Source: Rhodothermales bacterium
GTDB taxonomy: Bacteria; Bacteroidota; Rhodothermia; Rhodothermales; VXPQ01
Assembly: GCA_040904565.1 (NCBI GenBank)
Contig: JBBDTI010000036.1
Location: 7,376-40,493, forward strand
Direction: 5' to 3'
DNA length: 33,118 nucleotides
Below the pieces are notes generated by a model. It saw nothing but the letters and a program-made list of their open reading frames with translations, searched no databases and was not told the DNA's origin. The first letter of the stretch is position 1, and the number at the start of each line of letters is the position of its first letter. The position numbers and the translations under genes are program-made. This document shows positions 1 to 8,776 of this stretch, one piece after another.

Positions 1-31
1 GAAGTAAACGGACTGCCCGAAGTAAACGGAC
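1..31 (+). repeat. 13-bp direct repeat GAAGTAAACGGAC x2 (1-13, 19-31), probably spanning the stop of the upstream gene
   Basis: Exact repeat seen. AAG-TAA at 2-7 could be the end of infC, which normally precedes rpmI, but that gene is outside the window. Confidence 0.7.
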
Positions 32-145
32 AGCGCGACCGCTTCATATGGAATTCGCCGTTTCCCGCCGCCGCTGCACGCCGGTCAGTTTGCGTTTGCC
101 CTGCGATGGCGCTAGACTCATGAATTAGTCATTCCTTGACAGAGG

Positions 146-177
146 AAGAGGCGCTCCACCGGAACGCCTCTTTTTTT
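146..177 (+). terminator. Intrinsic terminator-like hairpin upstream of rpmI
   Basis: Stem AAGAGGCG(C)TCC / GGA(A)CGCCTCTT with an ACC loop, followed by T7. Confidence 0.7.
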
Positions 178-258
178 GGTCTGTATTAGGAGCCGCAATA
201 CATGGCGGCACGCCAGCCCGCCCTCGCCGGCTATTCGGAAAGGAAAAGATCTACAGTT

Positions 259-453
259 ATGCCCAAGATGAAATCGAATAGCGGCGCCAAGAAGCGCTTC
301 AAGGTGACCGCTAGCGGAAAGATCAAGCGGAGGAAGGCCTACAAGAGCCACATCCTGACCAAGAAGTCGGCCAAGACGAAGCGTAAGCTTCGTAAGGATA
401 CCCTCGTCGACAAGTCGGATGAAGCCCGCATCAAGCAGCTCATCCAGACCTGA
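259..453 (+). CDS. rpmI: 50S ribosomal protein L35
   Basis: [36 protein letters not shown] is the L35 signature. True start is ATG 259, not 202. Confidence 0.98.
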   Translation: MPKMKSNSGAKKRFKVTASGKIKRRKAYKSHILTKKSAKTKRKLRKDTLVDKSDEARIKQLIQT

Positions 454-472
454 TCGGCCAGACCTGATCGGC
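445..472 (+). repeat. Perfect 14-bp tandem duplication CAGACCTGATCGGC x2 spanning the rpmI stop codon
   Basis: 445-458 is identical to 459-472. Confidence 0.9.
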
Positions 473-528
473 GCATCACGCCCGTACCATCCGGCGCTTT
501 CCGCCTGCAGAAACCAGACTGATTCATT

Positions 529-876
529 ATGCCACGCGCTACTAACAAAGTCGCTTCGCGACGCCGCCGCAAGAAACTCATGCAGATGGCCAAGGGCTAT
601 CGCGGCGGACGTTCGAAGATTCACACCGTTGCGAAGCACACGGTCGAGAAGGCCCTGCAGTATGCCTACAGAGACCGCAGGCAGCGGAAGCGGCAGTTCC
701 GCCGTCTGTGGATCACGCGTATCAATGCCGCCGCCCGGCAGAACGGTACGACGTACTCGCAGCTGATGGGCGCACTTCGGAAGCAGGACGTCGAGCTCAA
801 TCGCAAGGTGCTCGCCGAGCTCGCGGTCCACCATCCGGACACGTTCAGCCAGGTCGTGCAGAACGTCACCAAATAG
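529..876 (+). CDS. rplT: 50S ribosomal protein L20
   Basis: MPRA..., [32 protein letters not shown] and [10 protein letters not shown] motifs; follows rpmI. Confidence 0.98.
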   Translation: MPRATNKVASRRRRKKLMQMAKGYRGGRSKIHTVAKHTVEKALQYAYRDRRQRKRQFRRLWITRINAAARQNGTTYSQLMGALRKQDVELNRKVLAELAVHHPDTFSQVVQNVTK

Positions 877-882
877 TTCGTC

Positions 883-936
883 ATGTCGCAGCGACAGACA
901 CAACGATTTTTTTTCCTGCGTCCCTCCTTTCTGTAG
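883..936 (+). CDS. Putative pheST attenuator leader peptide MSQRQTQRFFFLRPSFL (PheM-like)
   Basis: 17-codon ORF with 3 consecutive Phe codons plus a fourth Phe, between rplT and pheS and followed by a terminator. Not in the ORF track. Confidence 0.82.
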   Translation: MSQRQTQRFFFLRPSFL

Positions 937-971
937 CCGGGGGCGTCGCAGGTTGCTGCGCGCGAAGTTAG

Positions 972-1012
972 AATCCCGCCCCTGCAACGACAGGACTGGC
1001 GGGATTTTTTTT
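972..1012 (+). terminator. Attenuator terminator upstream of pheS
   Basis: AATCCCGCC (972-980) pairs with GGCGGGATT (998-1006); inner CCTG/CAGG stem; T8 tail. Confidence 0.85.
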
Positions 1013-1067
1013 ATCTCCATGCTTCGACTGCACCCGTATCGGCCCGGTCCACCATCCCCACGCCAAC

Positions 1068-2066
1068 ATGCTTGAAAACGTCGACGACATCCGGCGAAAG
1101 CTCGAATCCGAGCCCATCGACTCGGAAGAAACCGCCGAGGAATTTCGCATCAAGTACCTCGGGCGGAAAAGTGGACTGATCACGGATCTCTTCAAAGAGA
1201 TTCGCAACGTCGAACCGGCCGACCGGGCTGCCTTCGGTCAGCAGGTGAACGCATTGAAGCAGCTGGCCGAGCAGCGCCTGGAGCATTTCGAGGCGAATCT
1301 CCGGGACGCCGAGACGACGCGGAAGCGGAACGTCGACCTGACGCTTCCCGGCCGCCCCCCGGCCCCGCGCGGATCCATCCACCCGATCACGCAGACGCTC
1401 GAAGACATCAAGCGCGTCTTCGCGCGCTTCGGCTTCGCGGTCGCCGAAGGTCCGGAAATAGAATCGGAGTGGTATAATTTCACGGCGCTCAACTTCCCGC
1501 CCGACCATCCCGCGCGGGACATGCAGGACACGTTTTTCGTCGAGGCGGACCGCGTCGTGCTTCGCACGCATACCTCGCCCGTGCAGATTCGCATTCTGGA
1601 GAAGGAGCCGCCCCCGGTACGGGTGATCGTGCCCGGCCGGGTGTACCGCAACGAGGCCATTTCATACAAGTCGTACTGCCTGTTCCATCAGGTGGAGGGG
1701 CTCTATGTGGATGAGGGCGTTACGTTTGCGGATCTGAAGCACGTGCTGCACGTCTTCGCGCAGGCCCTGTTCGGCTCCGACGTTCGCATGCGCTTTCGTC
1801 CGAGCTTTTTCCCATTCACCGAGCCGAGTGCGGAGGTCGACATCTGGTGGGCCGACGACGCTCTACCCGACGGCGGACGCTGGCTGGAGATTCTCGGGTG
1901 CGGTATGGTCGACCCGAACGTATTCGACTCCGTCGACGTCGACGCCGAACGGTACACGGGGTACGCGTTCGGTATGGGCGTGGAGCGCATCGCGATGCTG
2001 CGGTACGGCATCGACGACATCCGCATTTTTTACGAAAACGATGCCCGTTTCCTCGATCAGTTTTGA
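1068..2066 (+). CDS. pheS: Phenylalanine-tRNA ligase alpha subunit
   Basis: [43 protein letters not shown] and [13 protein letters not shown] motifs. Confidence 0.98.
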   Translation: MLENVDDIRRKLESEPIDSEETAEEFRIKYLGRKSGLITDLFKEIRNVEPADRAAFGQQVNALKQLAEQRLEHFEANLRDAETTRKRNVDLTLPGRPPAPRGSIHPITQTLEDIKRVFARFGFAVAEGPEIESEWYNFTALNFPPDHPARDMQDTFFVEADRVVLRTHTSPVQIRILEKEPPPVRVIVPGRVYRNEAISYKSYCLFHQVEGLYVDEGVTFADLKHVLHVFAQALFGSDVRMRFRPSFFPFTEPSAEVDIWWADDALPDGGRWLEILGCGMVDPNVFDSVDVDAERYTGYAFGMGVERIAMLRYGIDDIRIFYENDARFLDQF

Positions 2067-2101
2067 GGACGCCGGCGATCAGAGATAGCTGTACATAGAT
2101 C

Positions 2102-4573
2102 ATGAAACTATCCTACAACTGGCTCCGACAGTACGCCCCGGTCGACGAGACTCCGGAGGCGCTGGCCGAACGGCTCACGATGGGCGGCCTTGAGGTGGAG
2201 GGAATCGATCGCATCGGCTCGCCGCTCGACGGCGTCGTCGTCGGCCGCGTGGAATCCGTCCGCGCCCATCCCAACGCCGACCGGCTGACCCTCTGCAACG
2301 TCGACCTCGGCGACGGCAGCCCCGTACAGATCGCGTGCGGGGCGCCGAACGTGGAAGCCGGACAGCTCGTCCCGGTGGCCACCGTCGGCACGACGCTGCA
2401 CCTCTCCGACCGCGACGATCCGGATGAGCGGACGCCCGTGTCGATCAAGAAAGCCACGCTCCGGGGCGAAACGTCCGAAGGCATGATCTGCGCGGAGGAC
2501 GAGCTGGGACTCTCAGACGATCATAGCGGCATCATGGTGCTCGGCGAGGACGCGATCGTAGGGCAGCCGTTCGCGGACTACCTCGCGGCACACGGGATCG
2601 ACCCCGCCGATGCCATTCTCGACGTAAGCATCACGCCGAACCGACCGGACGCGGCGAGCCACCTCGGCGTCGCGCGCGACGCCTGCGCGATCACCGGGAC
2701 GCCGCTCGCGCTGCCCGACGTCACGCTGCCGGACGAAGGAGGGGAGGTGTCGGAACGCGTTACGGTCGATATCGAAGCACCGGATGCGTGTCCACGCTAC
2801 GTCGCCCTGCTCGTGCGCGACGTCACCGTCGGAGAGTCTCCGGCGTGGCTGAAGTCCCGCCTTTCCGCGATCGGACTCCGGCCCCGCAACAACGTCGTCG
2901 ATGTGACCAATTTCGTGCTCCACGAGACCGGGCAGCCGCTGCACGCCTTCGATTTCGACGAGATCCGCGGCCACCATATTCGCGTGCGGCAAACGACGGA
3001 CGAGACGGCCTTTACGACGCTCGACGGCAATGAGCGCTCCCTCCCGGCCGGCACGCTGATGATCGCCGACGCCGAACGGGACGTTGCCATGGCGGGCGTG
3101 ATGGGAGGTGAGAATTCGGAGGTCAGCCAGAAAACGACCAACGTACTTCTGGAGAGCGCTTTTTTCGATCCCTCCACGATCCGAAAGGCTGCCAAAACGA
3201 TCGGCGTGCAGACGGACGCGTCCTATCGGTTCGAGCGCGGCGTCGACCGGGACGGGCAGGTGCGCGCAGGGGCCCGCGCGGCGGCGCTCATCGCCGAGCT
3301 CGGCGGCGGCACGCTCGTTCCGGGTATGGTCGACGCCCATCCCACTCCTTTCGAACGAACCACGGTCGACGTCCGACCCGCGCGCGTCGACGCTCTCCTG
3401 GGCACGCACGTGCCGGTCGACGAGGCCGAGCGGCTGCTCGCCTTGATCGGCTTCGACGTCGAGCGCCGCGAGGACGTTCTCCGCTGTACGGTGCCGACCT
3501 ACCGGCCCGACGTCGAGCGCGAGGTCGACGTGATCGAGGAGATCGCGCGCCTGTACGGATACGACAACATCCCCGAGCCGGCCCGGTCCGTCGCCCCGAG
3601 CACCGCGCCGGCGGACCGACCCGAAGACCGGTTTCGGGCGAGCGTACGCGCGCTCCTGAGCAGCCTCGGGTATCGAGAGATCTACACGAACAGCATGCAG
3701 CGCCACGAGACGGCCGAGCGCTTCAACCGGGGCGTGCTCGCCGGAGGGAAAGGGGATGTGGTAGACACCCTCAATCCGATCTCGCGCGAGATGGCCTCGC
3801 TCCGTCCGAGCCTGCTTCCCGGCGCGCTGTCGGTCATGAGTTACAACCGGAATCACGGGCAGCGGCTTCTCCGCTTCTTCGAACTGGGCCACGTGTTTCA
3901 TCGAGGCAGCCGGGACGACGCCGTCGTCGACGGCTACGCGGAGAACGAGACGCTCCTGGTTGCGGCCTCCGGGACGGCCGCTCCGGCCGGTTGGGACACG
4001 GACGATCGATTGATGGACCTGTTCGACCTCAAGGGACTGGTCGCCGCGTTGCTTGACCGCCTCCGGGTACCCGAGGTACGTATGGAAGCCGTCTACGGGT
4101 CGACCGACCTGACCGTGCACCACCTGGACGTATTTTCCGGCGGCGAGCGCCTGGGGGTCGTCGCCCAGTTGGCTGAGGAGTTCGCCGGCGAAAACGACCT
4201 GGACGATCCCGTTCTCTTCTGCGAGCTGGACTGGTCCGCCGTCGTGCGTCTTGCCGCGCCCTTCATCGACGCGACCTACCGCCCGGTCAGCCGCTATCCG
4301 ACCGTTCACCGCGACATTGCCGTAGTGGTCGACCAGTCCAGGGAGGCCGGGGTGTTGATGGACGCCATCCGGCGGTCGGCAGGCGAACTGCTCCTCGAAG
4401 TAGATCTCTTCGATCTCTATCAGGGGGAGCACGTCGACGAAGGCCGCAAGAGCCTCGCCTTCGCCCTGCGCTTCGGGACGAGCCGCACGCTCACCGACGA
4501 GGAGGTCGACGAACGCGTCGACGCCGTCGTACGGACGCTCGAATCGGAGTTCGACGCGCGGCTCAGGTCGTAA
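2102..4573 (+). CDS. pheT: Phenylalanine-tRNA ligase beta subunit
   Basis: HPNADRL, CGAPN, ITPNRPD, ASYRFERGVD, DVIEEIARLYGY and C-terminal FDX-ACB (LFDLYQG..KSLAF). Confidence 0.98.
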   Translation: MKLSYNWLRQYAPVDETPEALAERLTMGGLEVEGIDRIGSPLDGVVVGRVESVRAHPNADRLTLCNVDLGDGSPVQIACGAPNVEAGQLVPVATVGTTLHLSDRDDPDERTPVSIKKATLRGETSEGMICAEDELGLSDDHSGIMVLGEDAIVGQPFADYLAAHGIDPADAILDVSITPNRPDAASHLGVARDACAITGTPLALPDVTLPDEGGEVSERVTVDIEAPDACPRYVALLVRDVTVGESPAWLKSRLSAIGLRPRNNVVDVTNFVLHETGQPLHAFDFDEIRGHHIRVRQTTDETAFTTLDGNERSLPAGTLMIADAERDVAMAGVMGGENSEVSQKTTNVLLESAFFDPSTIRKAAKTIGVQTDASYRFERGVDRDGQVRAGARAAALIAELGGGTLVPGMVDAHPTPFERTTVDVRPARVDALLGTHVPVDEAERLLALIGFDVERREDVLRCTVPTYRPDVEREVDVIEEIARLYGYDNIPEPARSVAPSTAPADRPEDRFRASVRALLSSLGYREIYTNSMQRHETAERFNRGVLAGGKGDVVDTLNPISREMASLRPSLLPGALSVMSYNRNHGQRLLRFFELGHVFHRGSRDDAVVDGYAENETLLVAASGTAAPAGWDTDDRLMDLFDLKGLVAALLDRLRVPEVRMEAVYGSTDLTVHHLDVFSGGERLGVVAQLAEEFAGENDLDDPVLFCELDWSAVVRLAAPFIDATYRPVSRYPTVHRDIAVVVDQSREAGVLMDAIRRSAGELLLEVDLFDLYQGEHVDEGRKSLAFALRFGTSRTLTDEEVDERVDAVVRTLESEFDARLRS

Positions 4574-4748
4574 CAGGAAGGTCACGCGCTGCATCGGCAG
4601 GAGAACGTATCGCCTGTGCGGCGCGTGCCGGATGCATCCCGGAGACCTGTGTCTGATCGACGGGAAAATCCGCGGGGGAGCTGAACTTCTGCGGGAGATG
4701 TGTATATTCACTTAAAGTGTTACTCTAGCAGGAAGCCTCGATACCTTG

Positions 4749-5087
4749 ATGGCAGAGCAATCGGAGCCCCCCGAAATCGATCGGGAACGGGAATCCGGAG
4801 ACGAGACCTCCGAGGCCGGTACGTCGGAACGGGTCAGCCTGAAAGGCATGGCCTCTCTCGAGCGGCTGCGGGACCGCGTCGAGGCGGCCGCGAGTGAGAT
4901 GGAACGCCTGCGGGAAGAGAACGAAACGCTTCTTCAGCGCGTCAAGAAGCTCGAGACCCGTCCGGACGTCGATCCGCGGGGGACCTTTCTGTCCCTCGAT
5001 CACGATCCGGAGGAGCTCAAGCGCAAGATTGCCTCCTTCATCGATGCCATCGACAGTTATCTCGAGAAGGAACGCAGCGGTACCTGA
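4749..5087 (+). CDS. Small coiled-coil protein, positional ZapB-like
   Basis: Heptad-rich LERLRDRVEAAASEMERLREENETLLQRVKKL and C-terminal LKRKIASFIDAIDSYL; lies between pheT and zapA. Confidence 0.65.
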   Translation: MAEQSEPPEIDRERESGDETSEAGTSERVSLKGMASLERLRDRVEAAASEMERLREENETLLQRVKKLETRPDVDPRGTFLSLDHDPEELKRKIASFIDAIDSYLEKERSGT

Positions 5088-5116
5088 TTCTTCGGCCATC
5101 AGCACGATTCACACGC

Positions 5117-5416
5117 ATGTCCGCCACCACGCATTCCATCCGCGTTCGCATTCTGAATCGGGACTTTTCCCTCCGCGTCAGCGAGAAAGACGAGGACCTT
5201 ACGAGGGATCTCGCGCGGTACGTGAACGACAAAATGCAGGATTTCCTGCGCAAGCACCCGGACCAGCCGGAGATTACGGCGTCCATCATCGGTGCGATGG
5301 CCATCGCGGAGGAGCTGTTCACGGAGCGGGAGGAACGCGAACGCCTGGAATCACAGCTTGAAGAAGCGTTCGAAACCATGTCGAACCGGCTCGAACAGGC
5401 ATCTAAGGCTGCGTAG
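5117..5416 (+). CDS. zapA: Cell division protein ZapA
   Basis: SIRVRILNRDFSL...ARYVNDKM...AMAIAEEL followed by a coiled coil; pheT-zapA-6S-rny context. Confidence 0.88.
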   Translation: MSATTHSIRVRILNRDFSLRVSEKDEDLTRDLARYVNDKMQDFLRKHPDQPEITASIIGAMAIAEELFTEREERERLESQLEEAFETMSNRLEQASKAA

Positions 5417-5539
5417 CCCGTCTCGTTTTGACGCACGTCTGTCTTGACCGGTGAAGGTCGGTTTTCTTAAATAGACCTTCGAGGAACAGGTCAAACCGTA
5501 CCCTATTAAAGGGCGTGCTTGCCTTGAGAGGGGCAGGCC

Positions 5540-5730
5540 CGCGATACCGTTTGCGGATGCATAAAAGAACCTGACAACTACGTTAAAGGGAGCCGGTCTT
5601 CACGCTTGGACGGCAGGCCCAGCCTCGCTTCGCGGGGTCCTCTCTTCGGAGGGGCAGGGACGATCGGAAGAGGGTGAGTGGCTCCCACATTGGATGAAAG
5701 AGGTTCTTCTATCCACCGCTCGGAATCGCG
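5540..5730 (+). ncRNA. ssrS: 6S RNA (boundaries approximate)
   Basis: Rod structure: CGCGAT/ATCGCG closing stem, AAGAACCT (5565-72) with AGGTTCTT (5701-08), central A-rich bubble, GGGAGCC (5588-94) with GGCTCCC (5680-86). About 190 nt, in the typical position downstream of zapA. Confidence 0.82.
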
Positions 5731-5740
5731 TGTTTAAGGA

Positions 5741-5799
5741 AACGCCCCGGTGTCGGATACGGTTTGATAGACCTGCACGCACCGGGGCGTTCTTTTTTT
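5741..5799 (+). terminator. Terminator after 6S RNA
   Basis: AACGCCCCGGTG (5741-52) pairs with CACCGGGGCGTT (5780-91), followed by CT7. Confidence 0.8.
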
Positions 5800-5815
5800 A
5801 TAAGGGGATAATCCT

Positions 5816-7507
5816 ATGATTACGGTCGAACTGGCTGTCGCCATCGCCGTGGTCGCGCTTGGCATCGGCATTGCCGTAGATAAATTTCTTCTCTCTCGGT
5901 CCGGGCGAAACCGCCTGAGCGCGGCCGAGAAGGAGGCGGAGGCCATCCTCGAACAGGCTCGGAAAGAAGCGGAGGCGCTTCGGGACGACCGGTTGGAGGA
6001 GGCACAGCAGGAACTAGCTCGTTCTCAAGAGGCCGCCGTCAATCTACAGGAGGAATCCAAGCGTGCCCTTCGACAGACGCGGCAGAAGCTGGAGAAGCAC
6101 AGAGACAAACTGAATCGTCGGACGCAGCGCGTCAACGAGCGCGAACGGCTTCTACACAAGGGATCCGAGGCCATCGACGTGATCCGCAAGGAGGCCGAGC
6201 AGCATCGTCGCGACGCCGAGATGCTGCGTTCGAACGTGACTGCGCTTCTCGACGAAGCCCAATCGCGCGTGGAGGCACTGGAGCGGCGTGAGCACGAACT
6301 GAACGAACGGCTCGAGGAGGTTCAGTCCAGGCGCCGCGAGCTCGATCAGATGATCGACGAGCAGATCCGCAGGCTCGAACAGGTGTCGGGCATGACGGAG
6401 CGAGAGGCGCGCGAGGCCATCCTCGATCAATTCCTGGAAGAGGTCAAGCTGGAATCGGCCTCCCAGGTGAAAGAGATCCGCGACGAGGCGAAGCTTAAAG
6501 CCAACCGGGAAGCCCGCAAGATCATCCTCACGGCCATTCAACGTACGGCGGCAAGCCATGCGATCGAGAACACCGTATCGGTCGTCAACATCGAGTCCGA
6601 CGAGATGAAGGGCCGCATCATCGGTCGGGAAGGGCGCAATATCCGGGCGTTCGAGGCGGAGACGGGGATCGAAGTCATTATCGACGACACGCCGGAGGCC
6701 GTCATCCTCTCCGGTTTCGACCCGGTCCGCAGGGAGATCGCCCGGCTCGCCCTCATCAAGCTCGTGCAGGACGGACGCATCCACCCGGCACGGATCGAGG
6801 AGATCGTCGAACAGGTGCGCGGCGACATCGAAGAGGAGATCGTCGAGATCGGAGAGCGCACCGTGATCGATCTCAATCTGCACGGGTTACACGACGAGCT
6901 CGTTCGAATGGTCGGGCGCATGCGTTATCGGACGAGCTACGGGCAGAACCTGCTCGGACACTCTATCGAGACGGCACACATCGCCTCGCTGATCGCAGCC
7001 GAGCTGGGCCTCGACGCGGCCAAGGCGCGCCGGGCGGGCCTCCTCCACGACATCGGAAAGGTCGTGGAGGAAGATATCGAGAACCCGCACGCCATCGTAG
7101 GCATGGAACTCTGCCGCAAGTTCGGGGAGGATGAAATCGTGTGCAACGCCGTCGGCGCCCATCACGACGAGATCGAGATGACGTCCTTCATCGCGCCCAT
7201 CGTGCAGGCCGCCGACGCCGTCTCCGGGGCTCGTCCGGGAGCCCGACGGGAGGCCCTCGAGGCCTACATCAAGCGTCTCGAGAAGCTCGAAGACCTGGCC
7301 GCCTCCTTCGACGGTGTCGCACAGGTTTACGCGATCCAGGCGGGCCGCGAGATCCGCGTGCTGGTGAATCACGAGCTGGTGTCGGACGCTCAGGCGGAGC
7401 AGCTGGCCGCGGACATTTCGAAACAGATCCAGCACGACATGCAGTATCCCGGCCAGGTCAAGGTCACGGTGATCCGCGAGGTTCGGTCCGTGTCCTACGC
7501 GAAATAG
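5816..7507 (+). CDS. rny: Ribonuclease Y
   Basis: N-terminal TM helix, long coiled coil, KH domain ([14 protein letters not shown]), HD domain (LLHDIGK, HHDE), C-terminal [11 protein letters not shown] and [12 protein letters not shown]. Confidence 0.97.
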   Translation: MITVELAVAIAVVALGIGIAVDKFLLSRSGRNRLSAAEKEAEAILEQARKEAEALRDDRLEEAQQELARSQEAAVNLQEESKRALRQTRQKLEKHRDKLNRRTQRVNERERLLHKGSEAIDVIRKEAEQHRRDAEMLRSNVTALLDEAQSRVEALERREHELNERLEEVQSRRRELDQMIDEQIRRLEQVSGMTEREAREAILDQFLEEVKLESASQVKEIRDEAKLKANREARKIILTAIQRTAASHAIENTVSVVNIESDEMKGRIIGREGRNIRAFEAETGIEVIIDDTPEAVILSGFDPVRREIARLALIKLVQDGRIHPARIEEIVEQVRGDIEEEIVEIGERTVIDLNLHGLHDELVRMVGRMRYRTSYGQNLLGHSIETAHIASLIAAELGLDAAKARRAGLLHDIGKVVEEDIENPHAIVGMELCRKFGEDEIVCNAVGAHHDEIEMTSFIAPIVQAADAVSGARPGARREALEAYIKRLEKLEDLAASFDGVAQVYAIQAGREIRVLVNHELVSDAQAEQLAADISKQIQHDMQYPGQVKVTVIREVRSVSYAK

Positions 7508-7545
7508 CTTACCTCCATCCACTTCCTTGATCGACTCCTTGCATC

Positions 7546-8574
7546 ATGCAAGACAAAAGGTCCACGGGTCGGCGCGTTACATTGCAGGATGTCGCCAAAG
7601 ACGCCGGCGTCTCCCGGGCGACGGCTTCCCTTGTGCTTCGGGAAAGCCCGCTGGTGGCCGACGAAACGCGCCGGCACGTACTGGCGTCGATGCAAAAGCT
7701 CGGCTACGTTTACAATCGGGCCGCGGCGAGTCTTCGGACGCAGCGCTCGCACACGGTCGGAGTCGCCGTGACCGACATCATGAATCCCTTCTTCGCAGAG
7801 CTCGCGGTAGGCATCGAGAGCCTGCTCGACGAAGCGGACTACGCCGTCCTCCTTACCAACACGTCCGAGCAGCTCTCGAAGCAGAACCGTCTACTCGAAG
7901 TCATGCACGAGTTTCAGGTCGACGGCGTACTTCTTTGTCCGGTCGAAGACACGCCCGTCGACGCCATTGAACGCCTCCGCCGATGGGAGCTCCCGGTGGT
8001 GCTCGTGGCGCGCTACCTGGCTAACGTCGATGTCGACTACGTGGGGGGCGACAACGTCCGGGGCGCGCAGATGGCCGTGGACCACCTGGTGGATCGAGGA
8101 CACGGCGACATTGCATTCCTAGGGGGACCGGCGCATTCGTCGGCGCGGGCCGATCGCCTGTCCGGGTTCCGGGCGGCGCTCACTCGGCACGGCTTGCACG
8201 AGGTGGCCGCGCCCCGCGCCAGTGGGACCACTCGGGACGGCGGCCACGATGCCATGATGGAACTCCTCGACGAGACCGATGCCGTCACGGCCGTTCTCTG
8301 CTACAACGACGTGGTCGCCATGGGAGCCATGCTGGCTCTGCGAGCCCGCGGCCTCGAACCCGGTAAAGACATCGCCGTCGTCGGCTTCGACGACATTGCC
8401 GATGCATCGCTGTGGCGCCCGTCGCTGTCGACCGTCTCGATACCGCCCCGCCGCATCGGTCAAGAGGCGGTGCGTCTCTTGTTACATCGCATCGAAAAGC
8501 CGGACACCGACGTGCGAAGCGTCATCCTCTCCCCTGAGCTTATCGTGCGCGACTCGTCCGCTCCCCGTGTCTGA
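7546..8574 (+). CDS. LacI-family transcriptional regulator
   Basis: HTH VTLQDVAKDAGVSRATAS, hinge LGYVYNRAAASLR, and sugar-binding domain with VVGFDD. Confidence 0.95.
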   Translation: MQDKRSTGRRVTLQDVAKDAGVSRATASLVLRESPLVADETRRHVLASMQKLGYVYNRAAASLRTQRSHTVGVAVTDIMNPFFAELAVGIESLLDEADYAVLLTNTSEQLSKQNRLLEVMHEFQVDGVLLCPVEDTPVDAIERLRRWELPVVLVARYLANVDVDYVGGDNVRGAQMAVDHLVDRGHGDIAFLGGPAHSSARADRLSGFRAALTRHGLHEVAAPRASGTTRDGGHDAMMELLDETDAVTAVLCYNDVVAMGAMLALRARGLEPGKDIAVVGFDDIADASLWRPSLSTVSIPPRRIGQEAVRLLLHRIEKPDTDVRSVILSPELIVRDSSAPRV

Positions 8575-8697
8575 CGACATTTCGCCGCCTCCGTTCGTCC
8601 CGCGCCCACTCTCACAAACGATTTGATTTCCACGCTACCATCCCAACGGTCTTGTGAAGATTATGTAAAGCCCCGCATCGCATCACTGTTTGCTTTG

Positions 8698-8715
8698 ATT
8701 TAGATCGATCTAAAT
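8698..8715. promoter_or_regulatory. Operator O1, perfect 18-bp palindrome ATTTAGATCGATCTAAAT
   Basis: Perfect palindrome with central CG, as in LacI-family operators; lies between lacI and the operon and overlaps a possible -35 TTGATT. Confidence 0.8.
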
Positions 8716-8738
8716 ACGTACCGTATGGAAGCGATTGA

Positions 8739-8752
8739 TTAGATCGATCTAA
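8739..8752. promoter_or_regulatory. Operator O2, perfect 14-bp palindrome TTAGATCGATCTAA
   Basis: Same core as O1, centres 39 bp apart, 24 bp before the afr start. Confidence 0.8.
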
Positions 8753-8776
8753 GCCCCACGACAGGCTCTCACACCC

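Noticed and set aside
118-1020. 300-aa minus-strand ORF over rpmI-rplT
   Set aside because: Antisense shadow of two clear ribosomal protein genes; no recognisable domain.
2513-4711. 732-aa antisense ORF over pheT (similar cases at 19953-22277, 25875-27797 and 14229-15434)
   Set aside because: Expected stop-free antisense frames in high-GC coding DNA; no protein motifs.
8698-8752. GATC-rich AT patch as a replication origin
   Set aside because: No DnaA box array or dnaA/gidA context; better explained as LacI operators.
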